In this document: positions 46,880 through 57,005 of the stretch, in pieces
Layout: every line of letters starts with the position of its first letter
Position numbering within the stretch: position 1 is the first letter of the stretch
NCBI GenBank assembly: GCA_963707215.1
Contig: CAVPPB010000001.1
Coordinates: 768,001-832,000 of the forward strand
Length of the DNA stretch: 64,000 bases
Source: an uncultured Chloroflexia bacterium
GTDB lineage: Bacteria; Chloroflexota; Limnocylindria; Limnocylindrales; CSP1-4
Direction of reading: 5' to 3'
Notes under the pieces: model-generated
Seen by the model: only the letters and a program-made list of their open reading frames with translations
What the model was told of the DNA's origin: nothing
Databases searched by the model: none
Position numbers and translations under genes: made by a program

Positions 46880-48334
46880 ATGCGCATCCTCGTCGTCGGC
46901 GCAAGTGGCTACATCGGCAGCCGACTCGTCCCGAGGCTTCAGGCCGATGGTCACGATCTGACGCTGATGAGCCGAGATGTCCGGCCTCTGGCCGACCGCT
47001 TCCCGGACACCCGGCTGGTGGCCGCCGACCTGCTCGACCCTGCGACCCTCGGGCCGGCCCTCGACGGGATCGAGGTGGCCTACTACCTGGCCCACTCGAT
47101 GGGCGCCGGCGAGCGCGGCTTCGCGGAGCGCGACCGGCTGGCGGCCGGCAACTTCGCTCGAGCAGCAGCTCGGGCCGGCATCGCGCGGATCGTCTACCTG
47201 GGAGGCCTCGGGGAGGATGACGGCGACCTCTCGACCCATCTCTCGAGTCGCCAGGAGACCGGCGCCGAGCTGGCCGCCCACGGTGTCCCCGTGACCGAGT
47301 TCCGGGCGGCCGTGATCATCGGCTCGGGGAGTGCGTCGTTCGAGATCCTCCGCCACCTGACAGAGCGCCTGCCGGTCATGGTGACGCCGAAATGGGTCCG
47401 GACGCGGTGCCAGCCGATCGCGATCGCCGACATCCGCGAGTACCTGGTCGCCGCCCTCGATCATCCGGAGGTCGTCGGTGTCGTCGAGGTCGGCGGGCCG
47501 GACATCCTGAGCTACGGCGAGATGATGCGGGAGTACGCCCGGCTTCGCGGCCTGCGCCGGCTCATGATCCCGGTGCCCGTCCTGACGCCTCGCCTGAGCT
47601 CCTACTGGGTGAGCCTCGTGACGCCGGTCCCATCCGGCATCGCCCGACCACTGGTCGAGGGTCTCCGGAACGAGGTCGTCGTCCACGATCCGGGGCCAGC
47701 CCGGGCGTTCGGGATCACGCCGATCCCATACGTCGAGGCCCTCCAGCGGGCGATCGACCGGACCGACCGGCGTGACGTCGAGTCGACCTGGTTCGACTCG
47801 ATCGATGCCCCCGACCAGGAGAGCCTGTCGTCGATGACGTCCCTAGAGGGGATGATCGTCGAGCGGCGCCAGCACCTGATCCCCGCGCCACCGGACCGGG
47901 TCTTCGCCGCGGTCGAACGTATCGGCGGGAAGGCCGGCTGGCCATACCTCAACGTCCTCTGGCGGATCCGCGGCCTCATGGACCGGATGGTCGGCGGCGT
48001 GGGGATGCGTCTGGGCCGGCGCGACCCGGACCGCCTCCGGGTCGGCGACGCGCTCGACTTCTGGCGGGTCGAGGAGGTCCGACGACCCGAGGTCCTCCGC
48101 CTCCGGGCCGAGATGAAGGTCCCCGGGCGAGCCTGGCTCCAGTACGAGGTCATTGCCGAGGACGGTGGCAGCCGGCTGGTCCAGACCGCCTTCTTCGAGC
48201 CCAAGGGCCTGCCGGGGCTCGCCTACTGGTACCTGCTCTACCCGATCCACGGCGTCATCTTCCGGGGCACGGTCCGGGTCCTCGGCGAGCGAGCCCGCGC
48301 CGGCGAGGGGGCAGGCACGGCCAGGGCCGCCTAG
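46880..48334 (+). CDS. NAD(P)-binding SDR + DUF2867 protein (YbjT-like)
   Basis: GASGYIG, YYLAHSM, HLSSRQE, DFWRVE, AEMKVPG and GLAYWY. Confidence 0.9.
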   Translation: MRILVVGASGYIGSRLVPRLQADGHDLTLMSRDVRPLADRFPDTRLVAADLLDPATLGPALDGIEVAYYLAHSMGAGERGFAERDRLAAGNFARAAARAGIARIVYLGGLGEDDGDLSTHLSSRQETGAELAAHGVPVTEFRAAVIIGSGSASFEILRHLTERLPVMVTPKWVRTRCQPIAIADIREYLVAALDHPEVVGVVEVGGPDILSYGEMMREYARLRGLRRLMIPVPVLTPRLSSYWVSLVTPVPSGIARPLVEGLRNEVVVHDPGPARAFGITPIPYVEALQRAIDRTDRRDVESTWFDSIDAPDQESLSSMTSLEGMIVERRQHLIPAPPDRVFAAVERIGGKAGWPYLNVLWRIRGLMDRMVGGVGMRLGRRDPDRLRVGDALDFWRVEEVRRPEVLRLRAEMKVPGRAWLQYEVIAEDGGSRLVQTAFFEPKGLPGLAYWYLLYPIHGVIFRGTVRVLGERARAGEGAGTARAA

Positions 48335-48362
48335 GCCCGGAGGTCGCGGGCGACCAGACCAG

Positions 48363-49672
48363 TCAGGCCGCGGCGAGGACGGCCCGTCGCGCGCGACGTG
48401 GTCCCGGGTCGGCCCGGAGCTCGGCCCCGAGCGCCGAGGCGGCCGCCCTGTGCGGGCCCTCGAGCAGCCCGACCACGGCTTCGCGGATCGCGGCCTCCGT
48501 GGCGAGGTTCGGGTCGGCGACCAGGCCGAGCCCGGTCCGCTCCAGGTCGGCGGCGATCGCGAACTGGTCGGTGGAGAACGGCAGGACCAGGAGGGGCACC
48601 CCGGCCGTCAGCGCCTCCATGACCCCGTTGTTGCCGGCATGGGTGATGGCGACCGCCGCCTGCCGGACGAGCGCGACCTGGGGCACGAACGGGCGGACGA
48701 GCCAGTCGTCCGGCAGCGGACCGAGGTCCGCCGGCTCCGCCGAGCCCGTGGCGAGCGCCACCCGCACGTCGAGCCCCCGGAGGGCGCCGCACGATCCGGG
48801 CCAGCACGTCGGCACGCGCGGACAGGAAGGTGCCGAAGGAGACGACGACGAGCGGCCGTCGGTCGCTCGGACCCGAGCCAGGCCGCGGTCCCCTCGTCCG
48901 GGACCTCGTCGCGGACGAGCGAGCCCAGGAACGCATGCCGGGCGGGGAGCGATCCGGTCCGGTCGGTATCGTGGAGCCGTCCCGGATAGCTGTACAGGAC
49001 CGGCGAGCCGTGAGCCCGGAAGGCGTCGTCCACCTCCGCCGCCGCGGGGTCGAGCCGCCGCAGGGCCCGGTTGACGTCGTCGGTGAAGGCACGCGTGACC
49101 TCGTCGGCCAGGCGCTCGAGCCCCGCCAGCTCGGCGGGCTCGGGCCGGAGGGTCGACGGCCAGGCGACCGGGACGCCGTAGCGCTCGCCGACCGACGGGA
49201 GGGCCGATGGATGCCCCAGGACCACGTCCGCGTACGGGACCCCGGCAGCGCGCAGCCCGAGGGTGGCCCCGAAGGCGAGGTGGTCGACGACGATCGCGTC
49301 CGGGTCGATGGCCTGGACGACGTCCATGGTCCGGCGACCGGTCTCGACCGGCTGCCACAGGAGGTCGTTGCGGCGCAGCTCGGCCTGGAGCCGGAGGGTC
49401 GCGATGGGACCTTCCCTGGTCGCGGCGAAGAAGGCTCGCAGGTTGGCGTCCTCGCCGCGGGGCTGCTCGTCGGCCCGGGCCGTCCCGGGGTTCGAGCCGC
49501 GACCCAGGACCAGCTCGACCCACTCGAAGCCCGCCCGCTCGACATGGCCGGCGACACCGGGCCCGGTCGCCACCGACCACCCGCTCCCCGCGCCTCGGCC
49601 CAAGGCCCGGGCCAGGGCGAGGAGCGGGAAGAGATGCGAGGCGTAGTCCGGGCTGATGACCAGGAGGGTCAC
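48363..49672 (-). CDS. Glycosyltransferase family 1, MGT-like (frameshifted)
   Basis: PDYASHLFP, VSFGTFLS, FVPQ, THAGNN and PFSTDQF. Confidence 0.82.
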
Positions 49673-51768
49673 GTCGCCGCCAGCACCCGCGACGGTCGAG
49701 CCGCCTCGTACACGGGCACGAGCGCCCCGGCCATCGCCCGAACCGTGTAGCGCTCCTCGACCAGCCGCTCGGCCCGATCGGCGCGGCCCGGCAGCCGGAC
49801 CAGGTCGAGCGCATCCAGGATGCCCCGGCCCAGCTGGTGCCGGTCGAGCGTGTCGACCAGGCGACCCGTGGTGCCGTCCTCGACGTACGCGGCCGGGCCG
49901 CCGACCTCGGGGGCCACGACCGGCAAGCCGCTGGCCAGCGCCTCGACGATCGCCAATCCGAACTCCTCCTTGCGGCTGCCACTGACGTAGGCGCCGCCCG
50001 GCGCGATCCATGGTTCAAGACCGGTCCGGGCGACTGCCAGCACCCGGAGGGCCTCGTCGTGCGGCCGGTGCCCGAGCAGCACGAGTGCCTCGGCGAGCTC
50101 GGGGTGGGCGACGAGGGCGGCCTCGATGCGATCGATCTCCGCTCGCTCCTCCGGGGATGGATCCGTCAGGTCGCCCCCGATCACGACGAGGTTGGCCCGC
50201 CGGCGAAGCTCGGAGTCGGTCGCGAAGGCCTCGGCGATGCGGGCCATCCCCTTGACCTCGGCGAGGCGCCCGACGCTGACCACGACCGGCAGGCCCTGCC
50301 GGCCAGGCCCAAGGGCCGAGATGGCATCGCGGAGCTCGGCGATGACCCCTGAGGCCTCGTCGCCGGTCATCGATCCCGCGACCGCGCGGGCGGTCCGGAC
50401 CGGAGCCGGGTCGATCCCCTCGGGTACGACGTGGTAGCGGTCCGGGTCCGCCGAGACGTCGAGCCCGACCAGCTCGCGCAGGCGCTTTCGAAGGCCGGGT
50501 CGGGGGAACAGCACGACCTGACGGGAGGCGCTGGCGAGGCGCCGGACCAGCCAGGCCCGGAACCAGAGGCCGTCCCGGGCGTCCGCCGGGCCGAACGACG
50601 AGCGGTCGAGCTCGCCGGTCCGCTCCATGTCGGCGATCAGCGCGTGCGGGTCGGGCGCCAGCGTGAAGACCGTCGGCAGGTTCCGCTCCCTGGCGATCCG
50701 GGCGGCAGCGAGGCTCCCTACGTCGGCCATCCGCAGGTGCAGAAGGTCGGCCGAGCGGAGCCTGAGGATCCGCCGCAGGCCGCGCTCGGCGGCTACCCTG
50801 GCGGGCCACGGATCGGTGAAGGACGAGCCCTCGTCCCGCCCGAGCGGTACCGTCATGACGGCGTGGTGATCGAGGGCCGCCTCGACCGAGGCCACGGCGT
50901 CGCCGGTCGGCCCCCGTCCGATCGTGGTCACCGAGTCGATCCTCGGATCCCGGGCCAGCGCCTCGCCGAGCTGGACCAGGAGGGTGGCGATGCCGCCGGT
51001 CTGACCCTCGCCGGCATGGCTGAGGGTCGGATCGAGCCGGCTCCCGAGGTGGATCTGGGCGACCCGCAGCACGTCGTCGTCCGGCCACGTCGGTGCCATC
51101 CGCATCCGATGGTCCAGCAGGGCCAGGCGAGCGGCATCGCCCAGCGGCCCATCGGCCGCGGCCGCTCGCTCGACCACCGGCGGGGGCTCCGGTCGGCGAT
51201 CACCGAGTGCCGCAAGCGCAGCCATCCGGGTTCCGAGCGCCTCCGCGTCGTCGCCCGCAAGCGCGGCCAGGAGCGGCTCGGTGCCGGGAAGGAGGCCGAG
51301 CGTCTCGACCAGCCGGGCCCGGACCGCGGGCGCGCTCTCGCCCCGCAGGCAGTCGGTCAGGGAGTCGACGATGAGCTCCGGGCGGATCGCGGCCCAGCCG
51401 GCCAGGGTCCGCTGGGCCAGCATGCCAGCCAGGCGACCGGCTGCCACCAACCCGACGAGCGGCCCGATGGCAGCGTCCCGCGGTGGGCCGCTGGCGAGCG
51501 CCCAGGCGGCATGGGCCGCCCGATGGTCACCGGAGCCGACGAGCTCGACCAGCGGCCCGTCGGTCCCGTCTTCGGGGAGCCGGCCGAGCGCGTGGATCGC
51601 GGCGATCGCGGTGGGTGCGTCGTCGTCGGCTCGCGCGGCTGCGGCCAGGATCGACAGGTCGCGGCCGGGGTCGCTGGAGCCAGCCGCACGCTCGATCAGG
51701 CGACCAGCACGCTCGAAGACGTCAAGGATCGACGGGGCTTGGCGGATCCGCTCGAGCTCGAGGTCCAT
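49669..51768 (-). CDS. HEAT-repeat + GT4 glycosyltransferase (sucrose-phosphate-synthase-like fold)
   Basis: N-terminal HEAT-like repeats, then GQTGG, VGRLAEVKG and EEFGLAIVEALASGLPVV. Confidence 0.85.
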   Translation of the reverse strand: MDLELERIRQAPSILDVFERAGRLIERAAGSSDPGRDLSILAAAARADDDAPTAIAAIHALGRLPEDGTDGPLVELVGSGDHRAAHAAWALASGPPRDAAIGPLVGLVAAGRLAGMLAQRTLAGWAAIRPELIVDSLTDCLRGESAPAVRARLVETLGLLPGTEPLLAALAGDDAEALGTRMAALAALGDRRPEPPPVVERAAAADGPLGDAARLALLDHRMRMAPTWPDDDVLRVAQIHLGSRLDPTLSHAGEGQTGGIATLLVQLGEALARDPRIDSVTTIGRGPTGDAVASVEAALDHHAVMTVPLGRDEGSSFTDPWPARVAAERGLRRILRLRSADLLHLRMADVGSLAAARIARERNLPTVFTLAPDPHALIADMERTGELDRSSFGPADARDGLWFRAWLVRRLASASRQVVLFPRPGLRKRLRELVGLDVSADPDRYHVVPEGIDPAPVRTARAVAGSMTGDEASGVIAELRDAISALGPGRQGLPVVVSVGRLAEVKGMARIAEAFATDSELRRRANLVVIGGDLTDPSPEERAEIDRIEAALVAHPELAEALVLLGHRPHDEALRVLAVARTGLEPWIAPGGAYVSGSRKEEFGLAIVEALASGLPVVAPEVGGPAAYVEDGTTGRLVDTLDRHQLGRGILDALDLVRLPGRADRAERLVEERYTVRAMAGALVPVYEAARPSRVLAAT

Positions 51769-51825
51769 GCCCCTCCTTCGGGCCCGGGCGCCGGCCGGTT
51801 TCCCGGGCAGCCCGGACCCTCTTGC

Positions 51826-52368
51826 CTACGGCGGGCCCGTGGTGGATCCCGTGATGGCCCGGGCGATCGATCCGGCCCAGGCGTCGACCTCCGCCCAGTC
51901 GCGGAAATCCCCCTCGGCCAGGACGTCACCCCCGGCCGGGATGGCCGAGACGACCCACTCGCCGACACCGAGACCACCCCGGTCGAGCGACCCGAAGAAG
52001 ACGCGATGCTCGAGCGGATGGAGCAGCTCGTCGAGCTCGCCCGCGTCCTCGGGCCGCGAGACCTCCCGGAGGTCGCGCCCCTGGTCGTCAGTCCGCTCGG
52101 CGCCGAGGGGGCCACTGCTGAAGAGCCAGACCGGCCGCCCTGCGAGTGAGTCGGCCTGGTCATGGACGAACTCGATCGCCTCGATCATCCACCGGCCGAA
52201 GTAGACCGCGCTGCCAAGGACGACCGCGCCATACCGCCCGGGGTCGATCGACCCGTCCAAGCTCCGCGCCTCGGCCTCGACGCCGTGCTCGACCAGCCTG
52301 GCGGCGATCCGCTCGGCGATCTGCCCGGTGGAGCCGTGCCGGGAAGCGTAGGCGACGAGGACGGTCAT
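51826..52368 (-). CDS. Flavodoxin-domain protein (HemG-like)
   Basis: VAYASRHGST, GSAVYFGRW, FSSGP and GDFRDW. Confidence 0.85.
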   Translation of the reverse strand: MTVLVAYASRHGSTGQIAERIAARLVEHGVEAEARSLDGSIDPGRYGAVVLGSAVYFGRWMIEAIEFVHDQADSLAGRPVWLFSSGPLGAERTDDQGRDLREVSRPEDAGELDELLHPLEHRVFFGSLDRGGLGVGEWVVSAIPAGGDVLAEGDFRDWAEVDAWAGSIARAITGSTTGPP

Positions 52369-52507
52369 GGACACGACTCCTCCTGTCCGGCTCCGGGTCG
52401 TCCTGGGCGCGACGGTTGCTCGTGGCGAGTCTGGGGGCCCGTTCGCCGTCCGCCAAGGGCCCACCGGCTGGCGGATCGGGGGCGGGACGGCCCGACCGTG
52501 GCCGGGC

Positions 52508-53254
52508 TCAGCCCGCGAGCGACGCCTCGAGCTCGACCGGTGTCAGCCCGTCGATCCGCGCCCGGATCCGCCCATCCCGCGTGAGCTCGGCCATCCCGCG
52601 GCCACCCCGGTCGTCCGCCAGGTCGAGGGTGCCGTACCCACGGACGAGGGTCCCCCGGAGGCTGGGCGCCAGCTCGGCGGTCATGGTGCCGACAGCGGTC
52701 GCCGACCAGGGCGCGAGCGGCGGCGCGGTCTCGAACGCGAAGCGCGACGGCGCGGGCATCCCGAGCCCGCGGATCCCGACCGTCGTACCGAGGATCTCCT
52801 CCTGGCCCTCGAACCGACCGACCCCCGGGACGTCCGCGGCGACCGACAGTCGGAGACTGGAGCCCGGGCCTCGCCCGTCGAGGCGGGCGACGATGCGGGC
52901 CCCGGTCTCCGGGTCCTGCTCCTCGATCTCGGTGCCCGTCGGATCGAACGATGGCTGTCGGTAGCCGCGACCGAACGATGCCGCGGCGGCAGCGCAGTAG
53001 AGCCCGAACGCGGCCAGGGCGCGATCCGGGTCCTGGGCTCGCCCGTCCGTCGCCAGGAGGCCCTGGAGCCCCAGGAGGAGGCGAGTCTTGGCGGTCCGGC
53101 GGGCGAGGTAGCGGACCAGCGAGACGCGGTGGGTCTCGTACGCGGCCCGGGCGTCGCCGACCGGCGAGAACCCGAGCGGCAGCGGCGCCATGCCCGGGGG
53201 CTCACCCAGGGGCACGCTCGGGCGCTGGTCGTCGCGGTCAAGTCGTTCGGTCAT
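52508..53254 (-). CDS. Hypothetical protein (248 aa)
   Basis: ORF with AAAGGA upstream, co-oriented with its neighbours. No recognisable motif. Confidence 0.55.
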   Translation of the reverse strand: MTERLDRDDQRPSVPLGEPPGMAPLPLGFSPVGDARAAYETHRVSLVRYLARRTAKTRLLLGLQGLLATDGRAQDPDRALAAFGLYCAAAAASFGRGYRQPSFDPTGTEIEEQDPETGARIVARLDGRGPGSSLRLSVAADVPGVGRFEGQEEILGTTVGIRGLGMPAPSRFAFETAPPLAPWSATAVGTMTAELAPSLRGTLVRGYGTLDLADDRGGRGMAELTRDGRIRARIDGLTPVELEASLAG

Positions 53255-53350
53255 CTCGATCGTCCTTTCGGCCCAGGGCCGAAGGGGGATGGCGGCCCCT
53301 CGAGCTGACCTCGAGCCCGCCTCCGGGTACCGCGCCCGGACCCGGAGCGG

Positions 53351-53947
53351 TCAGCCCGGAGCGATCGGGCGGTCCGATCCGAACGCGGCGATCCCCTCGA
53401 GGAGCGCGTCCACGGATCGCCCGAACGAGCGGTCGACGTCCTGCGGGATCCCGAACCCACCGGCCGCCTCGAGCGTCACGAAGCCGTGGAGCAGCGATCG
53501 CAAGCCCCGGGCCGCGTCGATCGCCTCGGGGCCGGTGAGCCCACGCTCGAGAAGGACCTCGAGGACGACCGCCAGGGCCGCGTCGCTGGCGGCGCCGTGC
53601 TCGGCGTCGTCGGGCTCGGCCGCCCTGACGGTCGCGGCGTAGCGGCCCGGGTGGCCCGTCGCGTAGCCGCGGAAGCCGTCGGCCAGCGCACGGACCTTCT
53701 CGCCGGGATCAGGCCCGTCCGCGTCGACGACCGCCCTGCGCATGGCATCGGCCAGCTCTCGGACGGCCTGGATCGCCACGGCGCGGCGGACCGCATCGAG
53801 ACCGTCGACGTGCTTGTAGAGGCTGGGCACGGCCACCCCGAGCCGGTCGGCGAGGGCCGCCAGCGTCAGCCGGTCGTAGCCGACCTCGTCGGCCAGCTCG
53901 GCGGCCTCTGCGATGACGACGGCCGGCGAGAGGCCCGCCCTAGGCAT
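53351..53947 (-). CDS. TetR/AcrR regulator with a WHG-type C-terminal domain
   Basis: LTLAALADRLGVAVPSLYKHV and LHGFVTLE. Confidence 0.92.
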   Translation of the reverse strand: MPRAGLSPAVVIAEAAELADEVGYDRLTLAALADRLGVAVPSLYKHVDGLDAVRRAVAIQAVRELADAMRRAVVDADGPDPGEKVRALADGFRGYATGHPGRYAATVRAAEPDDAEHGAASDAALAVVLEVLLERGLTGPEAIDAARGLRSLLHGFVTLEAAGGFGIPQDVDRSFGRSVDALLEGIAAFGSDRPIAPG

Positions 53948-54857
53948 GCGGGGCCCCAGGATGCTCCTCGGTCGGTCCGCCGGGCTCCGGTGCCGCTTCG
54001 ATCCCGCCGGCCAGGAAGCCCAGGATCGCCGGGTTGACGACCTCCGGGTACTCGGCCTGCGGGTAGTGGCCGGATCCGGGCACCATCACGACCTGGCCGC
54101 TCAACCGCTCGGCCACCCAGGCCGCCTCGGCCGACGGGTCCGGGAAGTCCGGATCGCGCTGGCCCATCACGACCAGGGTCCGCGCCCGAACCTCGCCGAG
54201 GCGAGCCTCGACCGGGGCGTGGCTCGTGCGAGTCGTCGACGCGAACGCATGCCAGCCGCCGGGCCGTCGCAGGCTCTCGCGGATCCTGGCTCGGTGGGCA
54301 TCGAGGTCGTCGGGCTTCCGTCCGGGGTAGAGGCGGGCGTACCAGCCGTTCCAGGCTGCCGGTCCCCATGGCTTCATCAGAGCCAGCCGGAACATCAGCG
54401 CGGAGCCACGGCCGACCGGGGCATTGCGGACGAAGGGACCCACCAGGACGAGCCCGCTCACGAGGTCGGGGGCCTCGGCGGCGGCCCACGCCGCAGCGCC
54501 GGCGCCCATCGAGTTGCCGACGACGACGGCAGGACCGGCGTCCAGCTCCCCGATGAGGGCGATCACGTCCGACCCGGCGGCCACGTCATCGTAGGCCTCG
54601 AAGGTCGTGTCGCTGTCGCCGTGCCCCCGCAGGTCCATCGTGGCGACGCGGTAGCCGGCCTCGACGAGCGCCGGGGCCAGGGACCGGTAGACGGACCGCA
54701 GGTCGCCCATCCCGGGCACGCAGACGACGAGCGGGCCGTCGCCGATCACGGAGTAGCCGATCCGGCCGCCGGGGCGCTGCAGCCAGCGCGTCGGCCAGCC
54801 CTGGGCGTCGGCGCCCCGTCGCGAGATTCTGGTTTCGGTCATCGCTGCTGCGCTCAT
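53940..54857 (-). CDS. Alpha/beta hydrolase
   Basis: DLRGHG, GNSMG nucleophile motif, RDPDF and GHYP. Confidence 0.9.
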   Translation of the reverse strand: MSAAAMTETRISRRGADAQGWPTRWLQRPGGRIGYSVIGDGPLVVCVPGMGDLRSVYRSLAPALVEAGYRVATMDLRGHGDSDTTFEAYDDVAAGSDVIALIGELDAGPAVVVGNSMGAGAAAWAAAEAPDLVSGLVLVGPFVRNAPVGRGSALMFRLALMKPWGPAAWNGWYARLYPGRKPDDLDAHRARIRESLRRPGGWHAFASTTRTSHAPVEARLGEVRARTLVVMGQRDPDFPDPSAEAAWVAERLSGQVVMVPGSGHYPQAEYPEVVNPAILGFLAGGIEAAPEPGGPTEEHPGAPHA

Positions 54858-54891
54858 CGTGGTCCCCTTCCGTGTGTCGCATCGCCGACTG

Positions 54892-54946
54892 GCTAATGCT
54901 ATTAGCTTGGAGTCGGAGTATGGCTAGGGACCTTAGCTTCTGTCAA
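54892..54946 (-). promoter_or_regulatory. Promoter and probable TetR operators for the hydrolase-TetR operon
   Basis: Palindrome gctaat-gct-attagc at 54892-54906 and a related gctagggaccttagc at 54923-54937. TTGACA at 54946-54941 with CATACT 18 nt downstream. Confidence 0.6.
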
Positions 54947-55069
54947 GCCCCGCGGGCCGACTCGCCTTGACATCGACGCGACCATGGGAGGGTTCCAGGC
55001 GCGGCGGCGTCCCGAGCCCGACCGGACGAGCGACCGTCCGGTCCGTCCCGTGCCAGGAGGGAGGGTCGG

Positions 55070-56320
55070 ATGACGGTCTCGAGCGTCCCCGAGAGGACCG
55101 CTGCTGCTTCCCAGGATCCGCCCGGAGGGCCCGAGCCCTGGGCGCGATCGGCCCGCGATCTCTACCTGACGGCGATGCTCCTCTTCGTCGTCACGATCGT
55201 CATCGGCATCCTCAACGGGGCGGACGCGATCGAAGTCGATCGCAACCAGCTGCTGACCCACGTCCACGCCGGCACGGTGGGCTGGTTGAGCCTGGCGATC
55301 GTCGCCTCCGCCTTCCTGCTCTTCCGGGCATCGGACACCATCCTGACCTGGGCCCTGTCGATCACCGTGCCGGGCTACGTCCTCGCCTTCTACACCGGGA
55401 ACCTCCCCTTCCGGGCGGCCACCGGGGTCCTGGTGCTGCTGACCATCGCCTGGCTGCTCGTGTGGGCGTGGCGCACGTTCCTGGGCGGCGAGCGGTCGCT
55501 GCCTCGCCTCGCCATGACCCTTGGCCTGACGACCTTCGCCTACGGCGCCGTGATCGGCGTCCTGCTCCAGCTCCAGTACGCGCTCGGGCAGACGCTCCTC
55601 ACCGGCGACGCGATCGGCGCCCACGCCGGCGCGATGACCTTCGGGTACCTCGTCCTCGTCGGGATGGGCCTCATCGAGTGGCGCCTGCTGGGCACCACCG
55701 ACCTGCCGCGCGGCGGTCTCGTCCAGGTCCTCGCGCTCTTCCTCGGCGGCCTGATCCTCTCGGTCGGGCTGCTCACGGGCGTGGGCCAGGCCGCGGGCGG
55801 CATCTACCTCCTGACCCAGCTCGTTGCCGTCGCGCTCTTCGTGGTCCGCCTTGGTCGGCCCGTGCTCCGGGCGGGCTGGGGTCGGGCGAGCGCGGCCCGC
55901 CAGGCCGGCGTCGGCTCGGTCTGGGTGGTCGTCGCCCTCCTTCTCTTCATGTACCTGGTGACCCTCTTCGTCACCTCGAACGACATCGCCTCGGTCCCGG
56001 TCAACATGCTCTTCGCGAGTGATCACGCGACGTACATCGGGGTGATCACGAACCTGGTCCTGGGCCTGCTCCTGGCGCTGAGCGCGGATCGACGGGGCCG
56101 CTGGCCGTGGGCCGACGAGCTGGTCTTCTACGGCGTCAACGGCGGGCTGCTCGTGTTCGTCGCCGGGCTGATCCTCGACTCGGCCGAGATCAAGCGGATC
56201 GGCGCTCCGGTCATGGGCGTCGCCCTGCTGTTCGCCCTGGCCCTCTACGCCTACCGGCTGCTCGGTTCGAGCCTGGAGAGCGAGGACGTGCCCGCGGTCG
56301 CCGGGGAGACCTCGACATGA
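55070..56320 (+). CDS. Polytopic membrane protein (~12 TM) with intramembrane His residues
   Basis: GGAGG RBS, many hydrophobic helices, and THVHAG, AHAGAM and DHATYIG. Confidence 0.8.
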   Translation: MTVSSVPERTAAASQDPPGGPEPWARSARDLYLTAMLLFVVTIVIGILNGADAIEVDRNQLLTHVHAGTVGWLSLAIVASAFLLFRASDTILTWALSITVPGYVLAFYTGNLPFRAATGVLVLLTIAWLLVWAWRTFLGGERSLPRLAMTLGLTTFAYGAVIGVLLQLQYALGQTLLTGDAIGAHAGAMTFGYLVLVGMGLIEWRLLGTTDLPRGGLVQVLALFLGGLILSVGLLTGVGQAAGGIYLLTQLVAVALFVVRLGRPVLRAGWGRASAARQAGVGSVWVVVALLLFMYLVTLFVTSNDIASVPVNMLFASDHATYIGVITNLVLGLLLALSADRRGRWPWADELVFYGVNGGLLVFVAGLILDSAEIKRIGAPVMGVALLFALALYAYRLLGSSLESEDVPAVAGETST

Positions 56321-56363
56321 CCCGCTCGGGAGGACAGCCCTGCCACCGCGGGAGATCCGGGCG

Positions 56364-57005
56364 ATGGTGACCGTCGGCCGACGACTCTACGACCTCATGT
56401 ACCGCTTCGGGGCGCCGTGGGAGGACGCCGACCGGGTCGAGCTGCGCGCGCTCGTCCGCGACGGCCGCTGCTCCCCCGAGACCCTTCGCCCGCCCGATGG
56501 CAGACCCGCCCGGGCGATCGACCTGGGCTGCGGGTCGGGCAACGTCTCCTGCGAGCTGGCCGAGGCTGGCTTCCAGGTGACCGGCGTGGACTTCTCGCCG
56601 GTCGCCGTGCGCAAGGCCCGGGCCCGAGCGGCGGAGCGCGGCCTCGGGGAGGATCGGATCCGCTTCCTGCAGGCCGACCTGACCCGGGACGCCCTGCCCG
56701 AGGCGCCCGGGCCGTACGACCTGCTCGTCGACTACGGCACCCTCGACGACCTCCCGGCGAGCGGCCGGAGCGCGATGGCGGGGCTCATCGCCGACCTGGC
56801 GCGCCCCGGCGCCCGCTTCTTCCTGTTCGCCTTCTCGGGGGATCCGCAGGACCTGCCCAGGTTCAGCTTCGGTGGCCCGTCACGGGCCTTCCCGGGCCTG
56901 CTCCCCGGCGAGGCCGAGCGGCTCTTCGAGCCGGCCTTCAGGGTCGAGGTCCTGGAGGCCCCCACGCGCCAGCGTCACGTCGCGACCTACCTGCTGGAGC
57001 GGCGG
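56364..57005 (+). CDS. Class I SAM-dependent methyltransferase (native stop not visible)
   Basis: APWE, IDLGCGSG, GVDFS and YDLLVDYG. Confidence 0.82.
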
